Of a DNA stretch of 64,000 bases, positions 44,896 through 60,575 are shown piece by piece; position 1 is the stretch's first letter, and each line of letters opens with the position of its first letter. The DNA lies in NCBI RefSeq assembly GCF_009914755.1, contig NC_060926.1; one strand, given 5' to 3'. The notes beneath the pieces were generated by a model. That model was not told the origin of the DNA, made no database searches, and saw nothing but the letters and a program-made list of their open reading frames with translations. Origin of the DNA: the human T2T-CHM13v2.0 reference genome, Homo sapiens. Both the position numbers and the translations under genes were made by a program.

Positions 44896-45154
44896 CATTT
44901 ACGCCGTATCTCATCACCATGGCGAGCTGCTTCTTGGTCCTGCCGTCCGCCCCCAGCTGAAGCATCCCCAGGACCGACGCAATCCCATGGGGAGAGATCA
45001 CGATGTTGTCATGAGGCCTCGACTTCACAATCTGATTGAAAACCTGGATCCCCGTGTTGGAGCCTAGTTCCTCGAGAGACAGAGGATTGAAGTGGGAGCA
45101 GATGGAAGGCAGCGTCACAGAGGCCAAGAGGAAGAGGGGGAGATGCCAGTTCAT
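44896..45154 (-). CDS. SERPINE2: SERPINE2 (protease nexin-1) first coding exon; exon begins at 45176 with 22 nt of 5'UTR
   Basis: Acceptor ttttccag|gtcgtcc; gaaccATGa; MNWHLPLFLLASVTLPSICS signal peptide, then serpin N-terminus NIVISPHGIASVLGMLQLGA; donor G|GTGCGT; 259 coding nt. Confidence 0.97.
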
Positions 45155-45215
45155 GGTTCCTTCCACCAAGGACGACCTGGAAAAGTAAGTTAAAAAATAT
45201 TTAAATTATACTTAA

Positions 45216-45530
<315 letters not shown>

Positions 45531-45737
45531 TGCGAGGCCATTTTGTACTCACCTAGTATGCTTGACTGTACTCAGCATAATTGAATGCCATGTGAATATA
45601 TTTAAGACAGAACAGTGTAATTAAATCAGTTTTCAAAACACACCCTGGGGAGGTGGGGAGGGAAAGGAAGCAAACTTCCATCTCTTGGGTCCTTACAATG
45701 TGCCAGGTCCTATACTAATCATTATTTAATTCTCGGT

Positions 45738-46045
<308 letters not shown>

Positions 46046-48235
46046 TAATCATTATTTAATTCTCATAAGTGCCCTTCATCCAATTAAGCCAATATTTACT
46101 GAGGGTTCACTGGGTGTCGGACCCTTTTCTAAGTGTTAGGCATATGACATAACTGAATGGACAAGACTCTCACCCGCACTGAGCTTACAATCTAGAAGGG
46201 AGACAGAAAATAAGCCAGCAAGCAATAAAGCATTTTCAGAAAAGGATAAAGAGCACAATGATAAAATACAGGGATGCGAGCAGATGAGGGGCCGGCAGGG
46301 TGCGGGGGGTGGTCATTAGATAGGGTGATCAGGGAGCCATCTCTATGGCAGGAACATCGTGATGAGACCTGAATGGGGGAAGGAGCCAGCCACACTCTGA
46401 TGGGTAAACAGTACGCTGGGCAGAGGGAGAGCAGGGCCGAGGCCCTGACGTGGGAATAAACTTGGTGTATTAGAGGCCAGTGTGGATGTGAAATCAAGGT
46501 CGTAAAGAAGGGAGACAGGTGGGTGAAGCCGAAGGAGAGTTCAGATCTGGTAAGGTCCTGTAGAGCCTGGAAAGGCACTGGGATTTCACTCCAAGGGTTA
46601 CAAGAAACCCCTGGAGGATTTCAAACAAGGGAGTGAATCCCTCGGGTTGCTCTGATTATCTTATAACCACAAGCGCTTGATTCTTTTACCATAAGCACAC
46701 TGCTTTTAAAATTAAAGAATTATTAATTAAAATAAACTTAAGTGACTGCTTTAAAGTTACAATAGGGTAGGACAATTGGTAAATTCATCAATTTTGAGGA
46801 TGGTGTTGCTTACACGGATGTTCTCAACTACAGTGATTTGTTTTAAAGAAGCTTCCTTCCTTAATTACCACTCACAGAGCTTTCTCTGGCTATGACAAGT
46901 AAGAGGTAGGAAATTTACATGTATTTATGGAAAAGCAAATACTTTCATTAAGTAAGAACTTAACAGTGGCAGCTGGTAAAACAAAAGCAGCATTCGTGAT
47001 GTTGCTAATTCAGTTCTTCCCCAAGAGGCCCAAGCTCCTGCTAAGCACAGTCTCCCGTGGAGCCAATGTGTCCCACTCTGTTGTTACGTGTGGGAGGTTA
47101 GGGGTGACTGCAGAGAATAAAACAGAAGGGGGCCTTTTAAGAGACAGGTGACCTGGAGGGAGGGGGAAATCATGTCTCTGTGTGCTCTGGGGGAAAGCAT
47201 GGGCACAACCACAGTGTTAGGCAAAACTGGCCCCGTATTTGGTGTCTCCTTGCCTTCCTTTCTACACACTTTCTGTGCTTCCCACCCTAGGGCGTAGGAG
47301 ATGTTCAATAAACACTTGTGAGATTAATCCGATGGCTCATAAATACTTCCTATTTTTATTAATTAATCTTTCCCTGCATCACAACAGCGTTTATGGAGTG
47401 TGGCTAAGAAAACGCTTGTGTTTAATCCTGATCCTCACGGTCAGCTCAAGACACTCTCTGAGGGAAGAGCCACCATCACATCGAGCAAGGACTGTGGGCA
47501 CACGCAGAACTCCCTGCCTGGCCCCCCGACACAGAGGGCCCCACTGTGAACCACTGAGGCCATCCTTCCAGCTGATGTTGCAAGTTTCTTATATGTTGTG
47601 AAACAAGCGCTTTTCTAAAGATTTAGAATGTTCCGTGTTTCTCCAGAGCTTCATTGTAAAACAATTGTATCAACTCAGCCCGTCTAAATTCAAAACATGT
47701 AAGTGACCTACATACGCTGCTCCCGCTTGGGCTCAACGGGCCAGCGTGGCCTATTTTGACTTTGGCACCTAGGACTGGCTCTAATGCCACGACAATCCCT
47801 GGAGTTTCCTGGAGCCTACTGGACTTTGGAGAGCGTCCAAATCATGACCGTGGAAGCTTTATTCATTCCATCTAAAAACTAGAAACTGTGTTCTCCCCTT
47901 CCTTCCTCCCTCTTGCCTTTTCTTTCTTTTGAGCAATAAATATCCTCTTTAAAATTTAATATAGCACAAAGTCATCATAAGTATAAAACATTGTGTACAA
48001 TCTTTCTTACAAATGGCCAAATGCAGTGACCAACTTCATCCATCTCAATTGTTGTCTCTTGCATTATAGTCTATTCTGGTGTCTACATTCGGCCCACTAT
48101 AATCTGTACTCCTGAAGCCTCCCCAAAGAAATGCTCCTAGATTAGTGAATATTTGAATAAATATTAGAATTTGGATTCAGAAGACATGAACATTAAACTG
48201 GTTTTGCCTCTGGTAGCTTAAAGTTGATAGACTCA

Positions 48236-48300
48236 AATACTACATATATATTATATATATATGTAGTATTATATATTATATAATATATAAATATATTTTA

Positions 48301-48349
<49 letters not shown>
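48236..48349. repeat. AT-rich palindrome plus (TA)21
   Basis: aatactacatatata..tatatatgtagtatt inverted repeat at 48236-48270; pure TA at 48308-48349. Confidence 0.92.
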
Positions 48350-48350
<1 letters not shown>

Positions 48351-51157
48351 CATTGTAAAAACAGGGTGAAAGGATCAGTGACAGTGAGAAATCTAACAGC
48401 TCCAATGTCTTAAAGTCACAAGGACAGTCTCCCAAATAAACAGCCATCTTATTTAGCAGAATTCTGCTTCATTATAAATTTTCGCTAAAAGAACAGTTTT
48501 CCTATGACACGGAAGAAAGCTGTTATGGGTGTTTTTCTGGGTTTCTTGGACTTGGGAAGTTTTTGAGAGCTGTCTATGTACAGTTTCATAAAAGTGCACT
48601 GGGACAGTGTTAGAGCTGTGCAGAACTTGGAATCAGAGCTATTTTTGATTGATGTGCTGGGCAGAACTTCTCCTTGGCCTTGGTTTCCTAGGCCAAATGC
48701 TCACTCGTCTAAACTCACCTGGCTTATATACGTGTCTAAGAATAAGCTTTCATTTTTCTCCAAAGTTCAGTAGCCAGGAGAGTGGGTGTTGATCTATAAA
48801 TTACTTTAGGCCTGCATAATTCCTAACAATGAAACACACTCATGTCCAAATAGACAATCGTTTACATGAAGTAACTTGGAGTTCTCAAGCTTTGAAATGC
48901 TTGATCTCTGGAACAAGCAGATGCCATAATGGGAAGTACATAGAAACCTCCTGTTTATTTTCCTTTTTAAGAGAAATTACACTTTAAACTTTCAAATCAG
49001 AGAGAAATAAGAGTGCTGCCCAAATGTACTGCATAGCAACAAGATGGAAGATTATCATTTGCTTGAATATTGTTTCACAACAGTAAAAATAGGTCTCTAG
49101 GCCATCATTGGAGGGAAGATCATAAGCCCATCAGTAGAGCCATCGCCACAGGCATATCCTTCCAAATGCCAGGTATCTCCTTCCCTATGTTCTTCTAGTT
49201 TCTCTTACTTCAAACCTTTCTCCTTTCCAATACGGGGAATGTTTATGAAATAGCTGGGTACTGCTTTGAGTTTTAACCATGATTTAACGTAGTAAATAAT
49301 GGGATGGTAGTTTTGCAAATGCCAGACTCAAAATATAACCCTAACATTTATAAATAGACTGCTTGCCAATAGCAGACATTAGAGGAACCCACTCTCTATA
49401 GACCCAATGGCGTCAACCATCTCTTCTACACAGGTGATGCTCAAATATGCAGCTCAAATCCTCAAACTCTCTGCTGAATTGCAGTGCTATACTTTCAACA
49501 GTTTGCTACCTGTTTTCACTTGATCGTTCAGAAAAATTATCCACTGGTGGGGAGGGGTACTAGTCTCCAAAAATCTACCAACTCTTCTCTTTTTCAAGAA
49601 TCATAGTTTCTGTTGAAAGAGCTTGCTTACCCAAGCCCGAGCCTCTGCTTCTCTCCCTTAGCCTCCACCTAGCAACAGTGACACTTCTACCCAACTCCTT
49701 CCACGGTGTGTGTGATGTTTTTCCTGATTGTTAAAGATGAGGTTCTTTATTCTCTTCTTTGAATTCCTATAGCATTTCCTATTTGCCTGTCTCATTTTAG
49801 TTGTTTTCCAAGTATGTTTTCTTTCCTCGCAAGTAGACTGGAAGCTCACGGAAAGCAGGGACTGTAGACTCCTGGTGCCCACAGGGTCAGTTTAGGGCCT
49901 TACCATTCATTGGTAGACACAAAATCAGAGGTTGACCCGTGGGACTAATCCAGCAAGTGTTTGATGTGCAATACAGAGTATTCTAAAAATATTTTTAGCA
50001 ACTAAAAGTCAAAAAATGTCACAAGTCTAGATTAGGGTTATTCTCAGGAAAAATGAAAAAGAGTGGACGTTCTAGTACTACTGGACCCTCACCCCCATGG
50101 CAAATGTTCTGCACAGATGCCACCCCTTATGGGCTGGGCACCCACTTTCCAGCGTGCCTCGCTCCCGCTGCTCCCTGCTGCCTCACACCCTGCCATGGCC
50201 GCCACTGCCATCACCTCTCCAGGCTGTGTGAGCACCTGTGACGAGACCCCTTAGCCTGGAACCAGTGCTGAACAACTGAACAGTGGCAACTAGGATAGCC
50301 AGACACAAAACATGAAGCTCATTTTCTACCTAATAAATTCTTTTTATGAAATAAAAGTTTACATATAGTGCATGAACAAATGATAAATAATATGACACTA
50401 GTCTGCTCTATGTAGCATAATAAGTAAGTTGTAGGCAGACAGCTTGGTGGGAAAAACCACTGGAAAGACTCTTCTGGGTCCATTCATAGCTGGATGGTGC
50501 ACACCTATTTTGGGAGGACACAGAAGCGTCTAATGAAGGAAAAGTTCTCCATGCTCTCTCATTCTCTATAAAAGGTTTAAAGTGATCATGTTTTATAAAA
50601 CATACATATATTTTTAAAAACATTATATCATGGGAAATATCAAACATATGCAAATATTTAATACTCCCCCCCATACTCAACATCCAGAAAAAACAATTAT
50701 TAACTCACGGCTTGGTTTATTTCTACTCAAATCAAAGATGATTTTGGAGTTAACTGCAGACATCATATAATATCATTCAAAATAATTTCAACATATAGAC
50801 TCAGCCTAAGGATTTAAAATAGATATCCATGACATCATTATCACACCGCAAAATAACTCCTTAACATGTCAAATATCTAGTCCATGTTCGCATTTTTTAT
50901 AGTATATTTGAATTACGATCTAAGTAAGCTCCATACATTGCAACTGGTTACACCTCTTGCCTTTGTTTTTTTGGTTGTTTGTTTGTTTCATCTTCCACTA
51001 GTTGCTTCATTTTTAACCTTGGAATTTTTTCTGTTGAAAAAAACAGGTTATTTGCCCTGTAGAGTTTCCCCAGGGTAGATTTTGCTAACTGCATTAATGT
51101 CATGCTGTTCAACAAGTTTCTCTGTCTTCTGTCCTTCCTGTAAACTGTTAGAGCTAG

Positions 51158-51345
51158 AGCAGGGGTCTGCAAGCTACGGCCCATGGGCCAGAACTGGCCA
51201 CGCTTTTTTCTTTGTTTATGGCTGCATCTGTGCTATGATAGGGAGCTGAGCAGAGGTGCCCGGCTGCAAGAGAGACGGTATAGCCTGCAAAGCCAAAAAC
51301 AGTTATTATGTGGCCCTCTACGTGAAAAGCCTGCTGACCCCAGCT
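51158..51345. mobile_element. MER58A-like hAT element
   Basis: caggggtctgcaagctacggccc...agcctgctgacccc. Confidence 0.65.
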
Positions 51346-52661
51346 GTAGGGACTGATCAGATTCAAGTCAATTTTCTCTTTTTGTAAGAATATTTTGTAG
51401 AGGTGCCGTAGAGGGTGGTGAAATCAGTAGACGGTAGCTGACTGTCTCTTTTTGTGGTGTTAGCAAGCTACTTATGATGACCGCCTAAGTGCACTGTTTT
51501 ATTAAGAGTTACCAAATGTGGGTGCTGTTATAATTCTAACTTTCCTCCCTCACTTATTAATTAGAATATTTATATAAAAAGAAGTTTTCCATAATCAACT
51601 ACTTGGTTGCCCTGAGGTTTATTTTGTGTTACAAGGGCAGGACAAATTCTTCATTCATTTCCCATATCCAACAGTTTTCAAAATAATTCAAAATAGGTTG
51701 ATTGACCAGAGGGTTCTATTTTCTGTATCACTATAAACTCGTGTTTTTCAACATACTTTAAGGGTCTCGATCCACTGCAAATTTATTCTTATTGGTGCTC
51801 AAAATGAGCCTCTTCACACTCGTTCTTAAACCTTCTGATACAACCCTACAGTCTTGTTAGCCTCCTTGCTTTCCGGTTTGACTAGATGTTTAGGCTCATT
51901 TTATACATCTTCTGTTCCAGATGGAATCAGCCACTTCTCCAGGGAGCTCTGGTTCCTTTTAGTGAGAAACAGTAGCACTGAGCACCCTTATCTAATAAAC
52001 TCTAAATGTTTTAAACTGTGGAAATGCTGAGCAACAGTGATAAGGAAAATCCAAAGTCCATTTACACCACTCTCTGGAATATATCCAAATACTGAAATTC
52101 AAATTATGAGAGCCAGACTGGTGACTGTTTCACACCGATGGCTCAAACATCACTGGAAAATCAAATTATGAAAGACCAGCTGCTGACACTGAACGGGTTT
52201 GCCTCCCATGGCCATCTAGACCGAGGGAGGCTCGCTGGATGATGACAAGATAAAGGAGTCTGCTGGGCATTAAAAGCTGGGCTGGGAGAATCAAAGTGGA
52301 TTGCCCTCGTGTGACAGCAGCGAGCCTCCTGAATCAAGCCCAGCCTAAAAATGGAATCCTAACAGTGCAGATGCCAGCGACAAACAACCGACACACAGCA
52401 CGGCAAGGTGAGTCCCCGGATTTATCTCAGCCTCTCCCCTCCCCGCCCCTCAGTGAAAGCTGACACCTTCTCAGGCACTGGGAAAGTCTCGCCATCCTTC
52501 TAGTCTCTGTGTTGCTAGGATCCTGGTTCTTGGAACCTAAGGCCCCTTATTAATCTACAGGGGCTACAGCAGGTAGAGAAAAACAGCAGGTATGTTTTGT
52601 CCGAATCATGACATCTCTCAACAGCTTTTCCTGCCAGGGCTTCCCAAAGAAATAAATGTAC

Positions 52662-52968
52662 AGGCCGGGCACGGTGGCTCAAGCCCGTAACCCCAGCACT
52701 TTGGAAGGCCGAGGTGGGCAGAGTGCTTGAGGCCAGGAGTTCGAAACCAGCCTGGCCAACATGGCTTAACCCTGTCTCTATTAGAAATACAAAAATCAGC
52801 TGGGTGTGGTAGCACATGCCTATAATCCCAGCTACTCCAGAGGCTGAGGTGTGGGAATCGCTTGAACCCAGGAGGTGGAGGCTGCAGTGAGCCGAGATTG
52901 TGCTACTGCACTCCAGCCCAGGTGACAGAGTGAGACTCTGTCTCAAAAAAAAAACAACAACAAAACAA
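52662..52968 (+). mobile_element. Alu (AluS)
   Basis: Full-length; TSD aaatgtacaggc. Confidence 0.9.
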
Positions 52969-55142
52969 ATGTACAGGCAAGGTTTGTGGCTGCCAAACTG
53001 AGACTTCTGAATGGCCTTAAGTAAAATCGTGCTGTCCAGCATTCAGACCAAACATTTCTCATCAGTACTTTGCCAACACTCAACGGTGTTTGGCAAGAGG
53101 CATTCTAGAAACTCTTCAGGAGGTGAGCCATGGAGATTAAGGCTGTCTCTGTAAGATGACAGTAATTGTTAATGTACAAGTAATCGGGGTTAAGCCTCAC
53201 ATATGGTCTCTGTCTCTCAAATCTGTATAAGCATTACTGAAATAATGTCCACCAAGACCTGTATTCATTTTCCAAACATCTACCACATTTTCTTATGATA
53301 CCAAATCAGGTGAACAAGCAAACTAAAGTACATCTTGGTTATCCTTGGGAAGTGTACTAAGTACTAGCAAAATGACTCAGCATCTTTAAAATTTAGAGAA
53401 CAAACAGGAAATGCCAACTTATCAAGGGGACAGCAGCTTGGTAGTTTTAAAATGTGTTTTTCAGGTTAGTGGAGAAAGACTTAGAGACATCTGAATTTTT
53501 TCTTAAATTTTTGTCTGCCTTCAAAGTGTATGCTCATTCTATGACACTAATTAATTTGGCCAAAAAGGAACCTAAAAATGTTTAGGAAATACCTTTTCAG
53601 CCGCTGAAAAGTATGGCAGCAACATCCAAATGGTCCCTTCAATGAAAAGACACATATTTTATTATAAAGTACACTCTGACATCAAGTGCCTTTTATCCAT
53701 ATATTATCCATTCTGAAATCTCTTTGGGTTGATGGGAAAAGGCTAGGGGGAAGGAGGGGATTAGAGCTTTGTTAGCAGTCTGTCTTTTAAAATTCAAGAT
53801 TACAGGATATTCATTCTATTTTCCTCTAAGTTTCCGGGAAAATTCACCTAAAGTTCAAATTCCAATCCTACTACCCATTAACCAAGAGATCCAAGGCAAG
53901 TCACAATCTTCATCCGTCTTAGCTTTGTCCTCTGCCATATTAGAAATCATATCTCAAGGGTGGCCATGGAAATTCAATAGGTGCAAACTGAAAGACATAG
54001 TAACCAGCCTAATACCTGGCTCAGAGCAAGTGTTCAGTAAATGCTGGCTCTCTTCTTCTGGTCCTCTTCAATGCTCAAGACCTGAAATACTCTGATTTGT
54101 ATTTCAGCAACCATTTAGAAAGTCTCAAGGATCAAGCTAAGAAAACAGTCAAACACTGCTACCTTGATAAAGCCTTGTCTGTATCTTTATAACTTCCTTA
54201 GACTATTTAAGACTCAGAAATAAATTAAGACAATGCTGGTGCGTTTTGCCGTCTCTGTAAGAGAACTGAGGGGTCCATTACTGTGGGAATGGAGGGGGAG
54301 GGGTGAGTATGTCCCAGAAAACCTTTAATAGTGCTGAGATATGTTTTTCGGTCTGCTGACTCAGATCATTAAATCTGGTTTACCTATGTATCAAGTCCTA
54401 TAGACTTTTCTTTTTGATATGTCTTTAAGACGTAATGGTCCAAATGGCTGATTTCCTAATCCAGCAACCAAGAGGTGACCCAAGACATTATAGTGACATT
54501 GACCAATGGTTCTCAATCTTTAAAAACAAGGAAGTACCTTTTTAATTTCTCTCTTCAGCAAGAGACATGGAAGTACCTTTTTTAGACATAAAAAATATTA
54601 CACATAGTTCATGACCATGTTTTTAGTATTGGTAAAAATACATAAAATACAACCATGAATTCTTAAACATGTCAATAAAATGCAAATTCTTTTTATCAGT
54701 ACCTAGATACATTTTAAGAAATCATATTTTGAGATATTATTTATCAATCTATAATCAAAACTGGGCCATGAACATGATTTCTCTGATCCTTTAGAATAAC
54801 CCTGATATGCCTATGGGCCTCCAATTCAGAGACGAGAAACTAACACTCTCTGGATTCTTGCCAATTAAAAAATGAGTGTCAAGTGTTAGAAATGTAAATT
54901 GATTTTTTAAAAATCTTTTTTAAAGGCAATCCCTAGTACGCATAAATAATCTTAATAATGTATCTATCTATTGGAACAGTAATACCCCTTCTATCAATCA
55001 ATCCTAATGTGATAATAAAAAAGATTCAGGTCCAAAAATGTTTACTATTATTTTCAGTAGCAAAAGTATTGCAATATTCTCTGCAATAAATAATTGCAAT
55101 AGCAATTATAATTGCAAATTAAATCTCCAATGGAGGGGACAC

Positions 55143-55535
55143 TGTGGGTGACCTTTTACCAGCTTTGTGCACTTATCTCCTAGTTTTTATCTGCTTTGTT
55201 GCTAATGGTTTATACCTGTTACCTCGGTCAATTACTAGTGGGAGTTGAAGGCCACTTTCTTGGTTGGCCCTAAGTGGTTGAGAGTTCACAAACACCACTC
55301 CCTCCCTGAGGACTAACAGCCATTGACTACTGGTCTGCTTGTTAACTGACTCTCCAGAGCTCCCCATGAGCTCTGAGTGTGGGACTTCACCTGGTATTTC
55401 TTGCTTGGTTTCTTCCCTTTCTAATTCCCACTTCTCCCCTTCCCTTACTATTTCAACTGGGAGCACTTCCTAATGAATCACTTGCACTTTATGCTTGGCT
55501 CAGGGATTGCTTCTGGGAGAACATAACCTAAAATG
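55143..55535 (+). mobile_element. Old ERVL-type LTR fragment (LTR16/33-like)
   Basis: 3' end aatcacttgcac...ctcagggattgcttctgggagaac resembles recalled ERVL LTR ends; diverged. Confidence 0.45.
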
Positions 55536-55689
55536 TCCAACAATAAGGAACAGTTAATGACATCCATCCAACACAATATCCTTTGGCTGTTAAGAACCTA
55601 TCTCTGAAGAAAACTTAAAGACATGGTAATACATTCTGGATATATCTTAACTGGAAAAAAGTATGGTATAATTAACTATGTAAAAATTA

Positions 55690-55890
<201 letters not shown>

Positions 55891-57340
55891 CTAACAGGAC
55901 AGATATTAAAATATCTATATAGTTATTTCTGATGGTGGGAATATGAATATTTATTATTCTGTATACCGTTATGTAGACTTCAAAATTTCTGTAATGAAAT
56001 CACCACTTATAACAAGCATCCCTTTTCCTTTTATCAGGAACTTAGACTCTGGAATAGCTGAAATGTGTTCTAAAGGGGAGCAGAGAAGGTTAGGGAGCAC
56101 AACAGTGGCTAAACCAAAGGATCATAAAACTTTAATAAAAATGGTATTTACTGGAAAAGGAGAAAGAGTTGAGAAATAATAAAGTGGAATCTTTTTATAT
56201 ACACTAAGATGAATGTTACACCCCATTACAACCCACAGACCATTTCATGTTGAGTTTTTTCAGTAAATGGTGGTGCTATTTTGGTGAACATGATTTGACC
56301 TATGTATGTGGCCAAATCTACATATTAGATATTTAATGGTGGGGATTATGACTTAATTTTTTTATTCTCTGTGTTTAGCATAGTACCTGGTATATAGTAG
56401 TAACTCAATATATGTTGGGTTTCCTTGCCTTTCTCCCCGGCTCACTGAAATAGGAACATGGGAGCTGCTGAGTTCCTGCCTGATAAAACCCCATATCCTC
56501 CATGAACACTGCCAAAGTGGTGCTCTCACAGCCTAGAAAAGGCATCTCTGTTTATCCATAAGGCATGGACTCTCCTTGTGAGAAAAAGAGGGCCTCCCAG
56601 CAGACAGGACGGGCCCTCCTTCAGGTGGCCTTTCTGGGGTGACTTGCACAGGGCGGTTTGGAGACCTAATGCAGTGTTCACTTGCACTTTCCCTCTAGCT
56701 GGGTCCTGCTCCCTTTTCACGAGGAAGAGGAGGGAAGCAGGGGTTTGGGCTCCGTTTTGCTTAGCTAAGCAGGTAACTGGATAAAATTGGTTTAGAAAGC
56801 TCCCAGGGAGTAAGAACAGTGGTTGTAAGAATAATTTAGATTATATATGAATGTTTTAGGTTTTTCTCTCAGTGGCTGGCTGTTCTGTTTCCTGAACCTG
56901 AATGATAGAGCTGGCTTTGGCTTAGGAAGAAAAAGGCAGCCTGTAAGGAGTGACCAGGCGGTAGGTGGGGAGGACTGGTAATGTCATCCACGGTTCCCTA
57001 CTGCTGCTTTGTGGGTTTCAGGAGGTGCACCGTGTCAGGAGGCTGGGGCTCCTCTATTCCTGCAGAGGAACAGCTGCCCAGTCACTCAGCCTGGGGTTCA
57101 TACCTTCCGCAGTGCTTGTTGCAGGAGGTTCAGTGTAGTGTGTGCATGTCCACCTCCAGCTGCCAAACTTCTCAACAGGATGTAGATGAACCTGGGCTGA
57201 CAAATTGGATAAGGTGGGCTGGCAGGCCAAAGCTTCAATTACCAGTACCACATCCTTTCCCTTCTAGGATACACAAAAGTAACTGGCCTCATTCCTTCCT
57301 CTCCCAAATAGAGAAGCCTTGGCTTGAAAATTCCAGGGAG

Positions 57341-57648
57341 TGGCCATGCGAGGTGGCTCATGCCTGTAATCCTAGCCCTTTGGGAAGCCAAGGTGGGTGG
57401 GTCACTTGAGGTCAGGAGATCGAGACCATCCTGGCTAACACAGTGAAACCCCATCTCTACTAAAAATACAAAAATTAGCCAGGCATGGTGGCGCACACCT
57501 GTTATCCCAGCTGCTCAAGAGGCTGAGGCAGGGGAATCACTAGAACCGAGGAGGCAGAGGTTGAAGTGAGCCAAGATCATGCCACTGCACTCCAGCCTGA
57601 GCAACAATCAAGACACTGTCTCAAAAAAAAAGAAAAAGAAAAAAAGAA
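57341..57648 (+). mobile_element. Alu (AluS)
   Basis: Full-length; TSD gaaaattccaggga. Confidence 0.9.
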
Positions 57649-58169
57649 AAATTCCAGGGAGAACCACTAGGTAAATTGGTATCAATGCAGTCATTGCATT
57701 GATGAGAAACAGTCTAGGACTTCAGACGGAGACTCTGACTCTAAACTAAGGAAAGTCAGAGGGAAAGTCAGAGGGATCATTGTGTGGCGCCTGGGGCGAG
57801 AGTGGGAATGTGTGTTCTCTTGTGCCCTAGAGCAGGCTTTCTTTATCTCGGCACTACTGACATAACTCTTCAGTGTGGGGGCTGTCTTGGGTACTGCAGA
57901 AGGAAACCCATATCCACCTGAATACAGAAGACTCTAGATTCTCCTGGGGCTCAAGTGCCCAACAAAACCCACTTTGTTCCTCTGAAGTCAGGGTAGCATT
58001 TCCAAGGCTGCCGTGTAAACAAGTGTCCCCTATTAAGTTGGTTTATCCCTTAATTTATCCTACAAATATTAATGAAGCACCACAGTGCCAGGCCTGGCGC
58101 TGGGATGCTAGAGAGAGAATAGGCATGAAAAGGGGCTTGGTACCTGCCCTCCCACCTCTCAGAGTCTCA

Positions 58170-58445
58170 AGGCATGGTTCTCCACCTGGGTGACTCTGTC
58201 GCTCAGGGAGCATTTGGCACTATCTGAAGACATTTTTTTTGGTTTTCACTACTGGGTGGGGGCCAGGGAGGGTGGTGCCATGGCATCTGGTAGGTGGGGG
58301 CCAGGGAGGGTGGTGCCGTGGCATCTGCTAGGTGGGGGGAGGCCAGGGGTGCTGCTGAGCAGCACCCACAATGCACAAGACAGCCGCCTGCAACAAAGAA
58401 TTATCCAGCGAAATGTCAGTAGTGCCAAGGTTGGGGAAGCCTGGT
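58170..58445 (+). mobile_element. MER20-like element with an internal 38-bp G-rich tandem duplication
   Basis: catttggcactatctgaagacatttt...caaagaattatccag..aatgtcagtagtgccaaggttg; repeat units at 58255, 58293 and 58331 (partial). Confidence 0.75.
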
Positions 58446-59009
58446 CTAGAGGGGAAACAGACCTTAATCAAATCGTCTTATTACTTGATATTTACTTTCA
58501 TTTTCACGTATTTACTTTACAAATGCTCTGACATCGAGGAGAGTGTGTAAGAATGGAAGCAGAGGCACACCTGGGCCAGGGTGAGAGGCAGTGGCCAGGG
58601 AAGTGCTCCTGGGAAGGGCCACATGGGCAGACATTGGAGGATGGACTGGAAGTGACTGGACAAAGGAGCGGAGAGATGGAAGCAAGGAAGAGTATTCCAG
58701 ACAGAAGCTCTCAAGTGCAAACAAACCTTGTGTTGGGAGGTACCATGGATTATTCTGGAAATATTTTTCCTTTCATACCATCATCACCTTACAGCCTTTG
58801 CAAGACAAGGGCAACTCTGTGTCCATGACTCCAACAAATAGGCAGCTCATCAAGACATACTGCAGAATCCAACCGGACAGAAACTGGAAGAATCATTCAC
58901 ACTCCAGTGTCTATCTTGTTCCATGGCTCTCTTTCTCACCACCCGGCACTGCGCATGACAACAGGCAGGAATCAAAACCCTAAGTTGACATTAAAAGCCT
59001 GAGTTTCAT

Positions 59010-60575
<1,566 letters not shown>

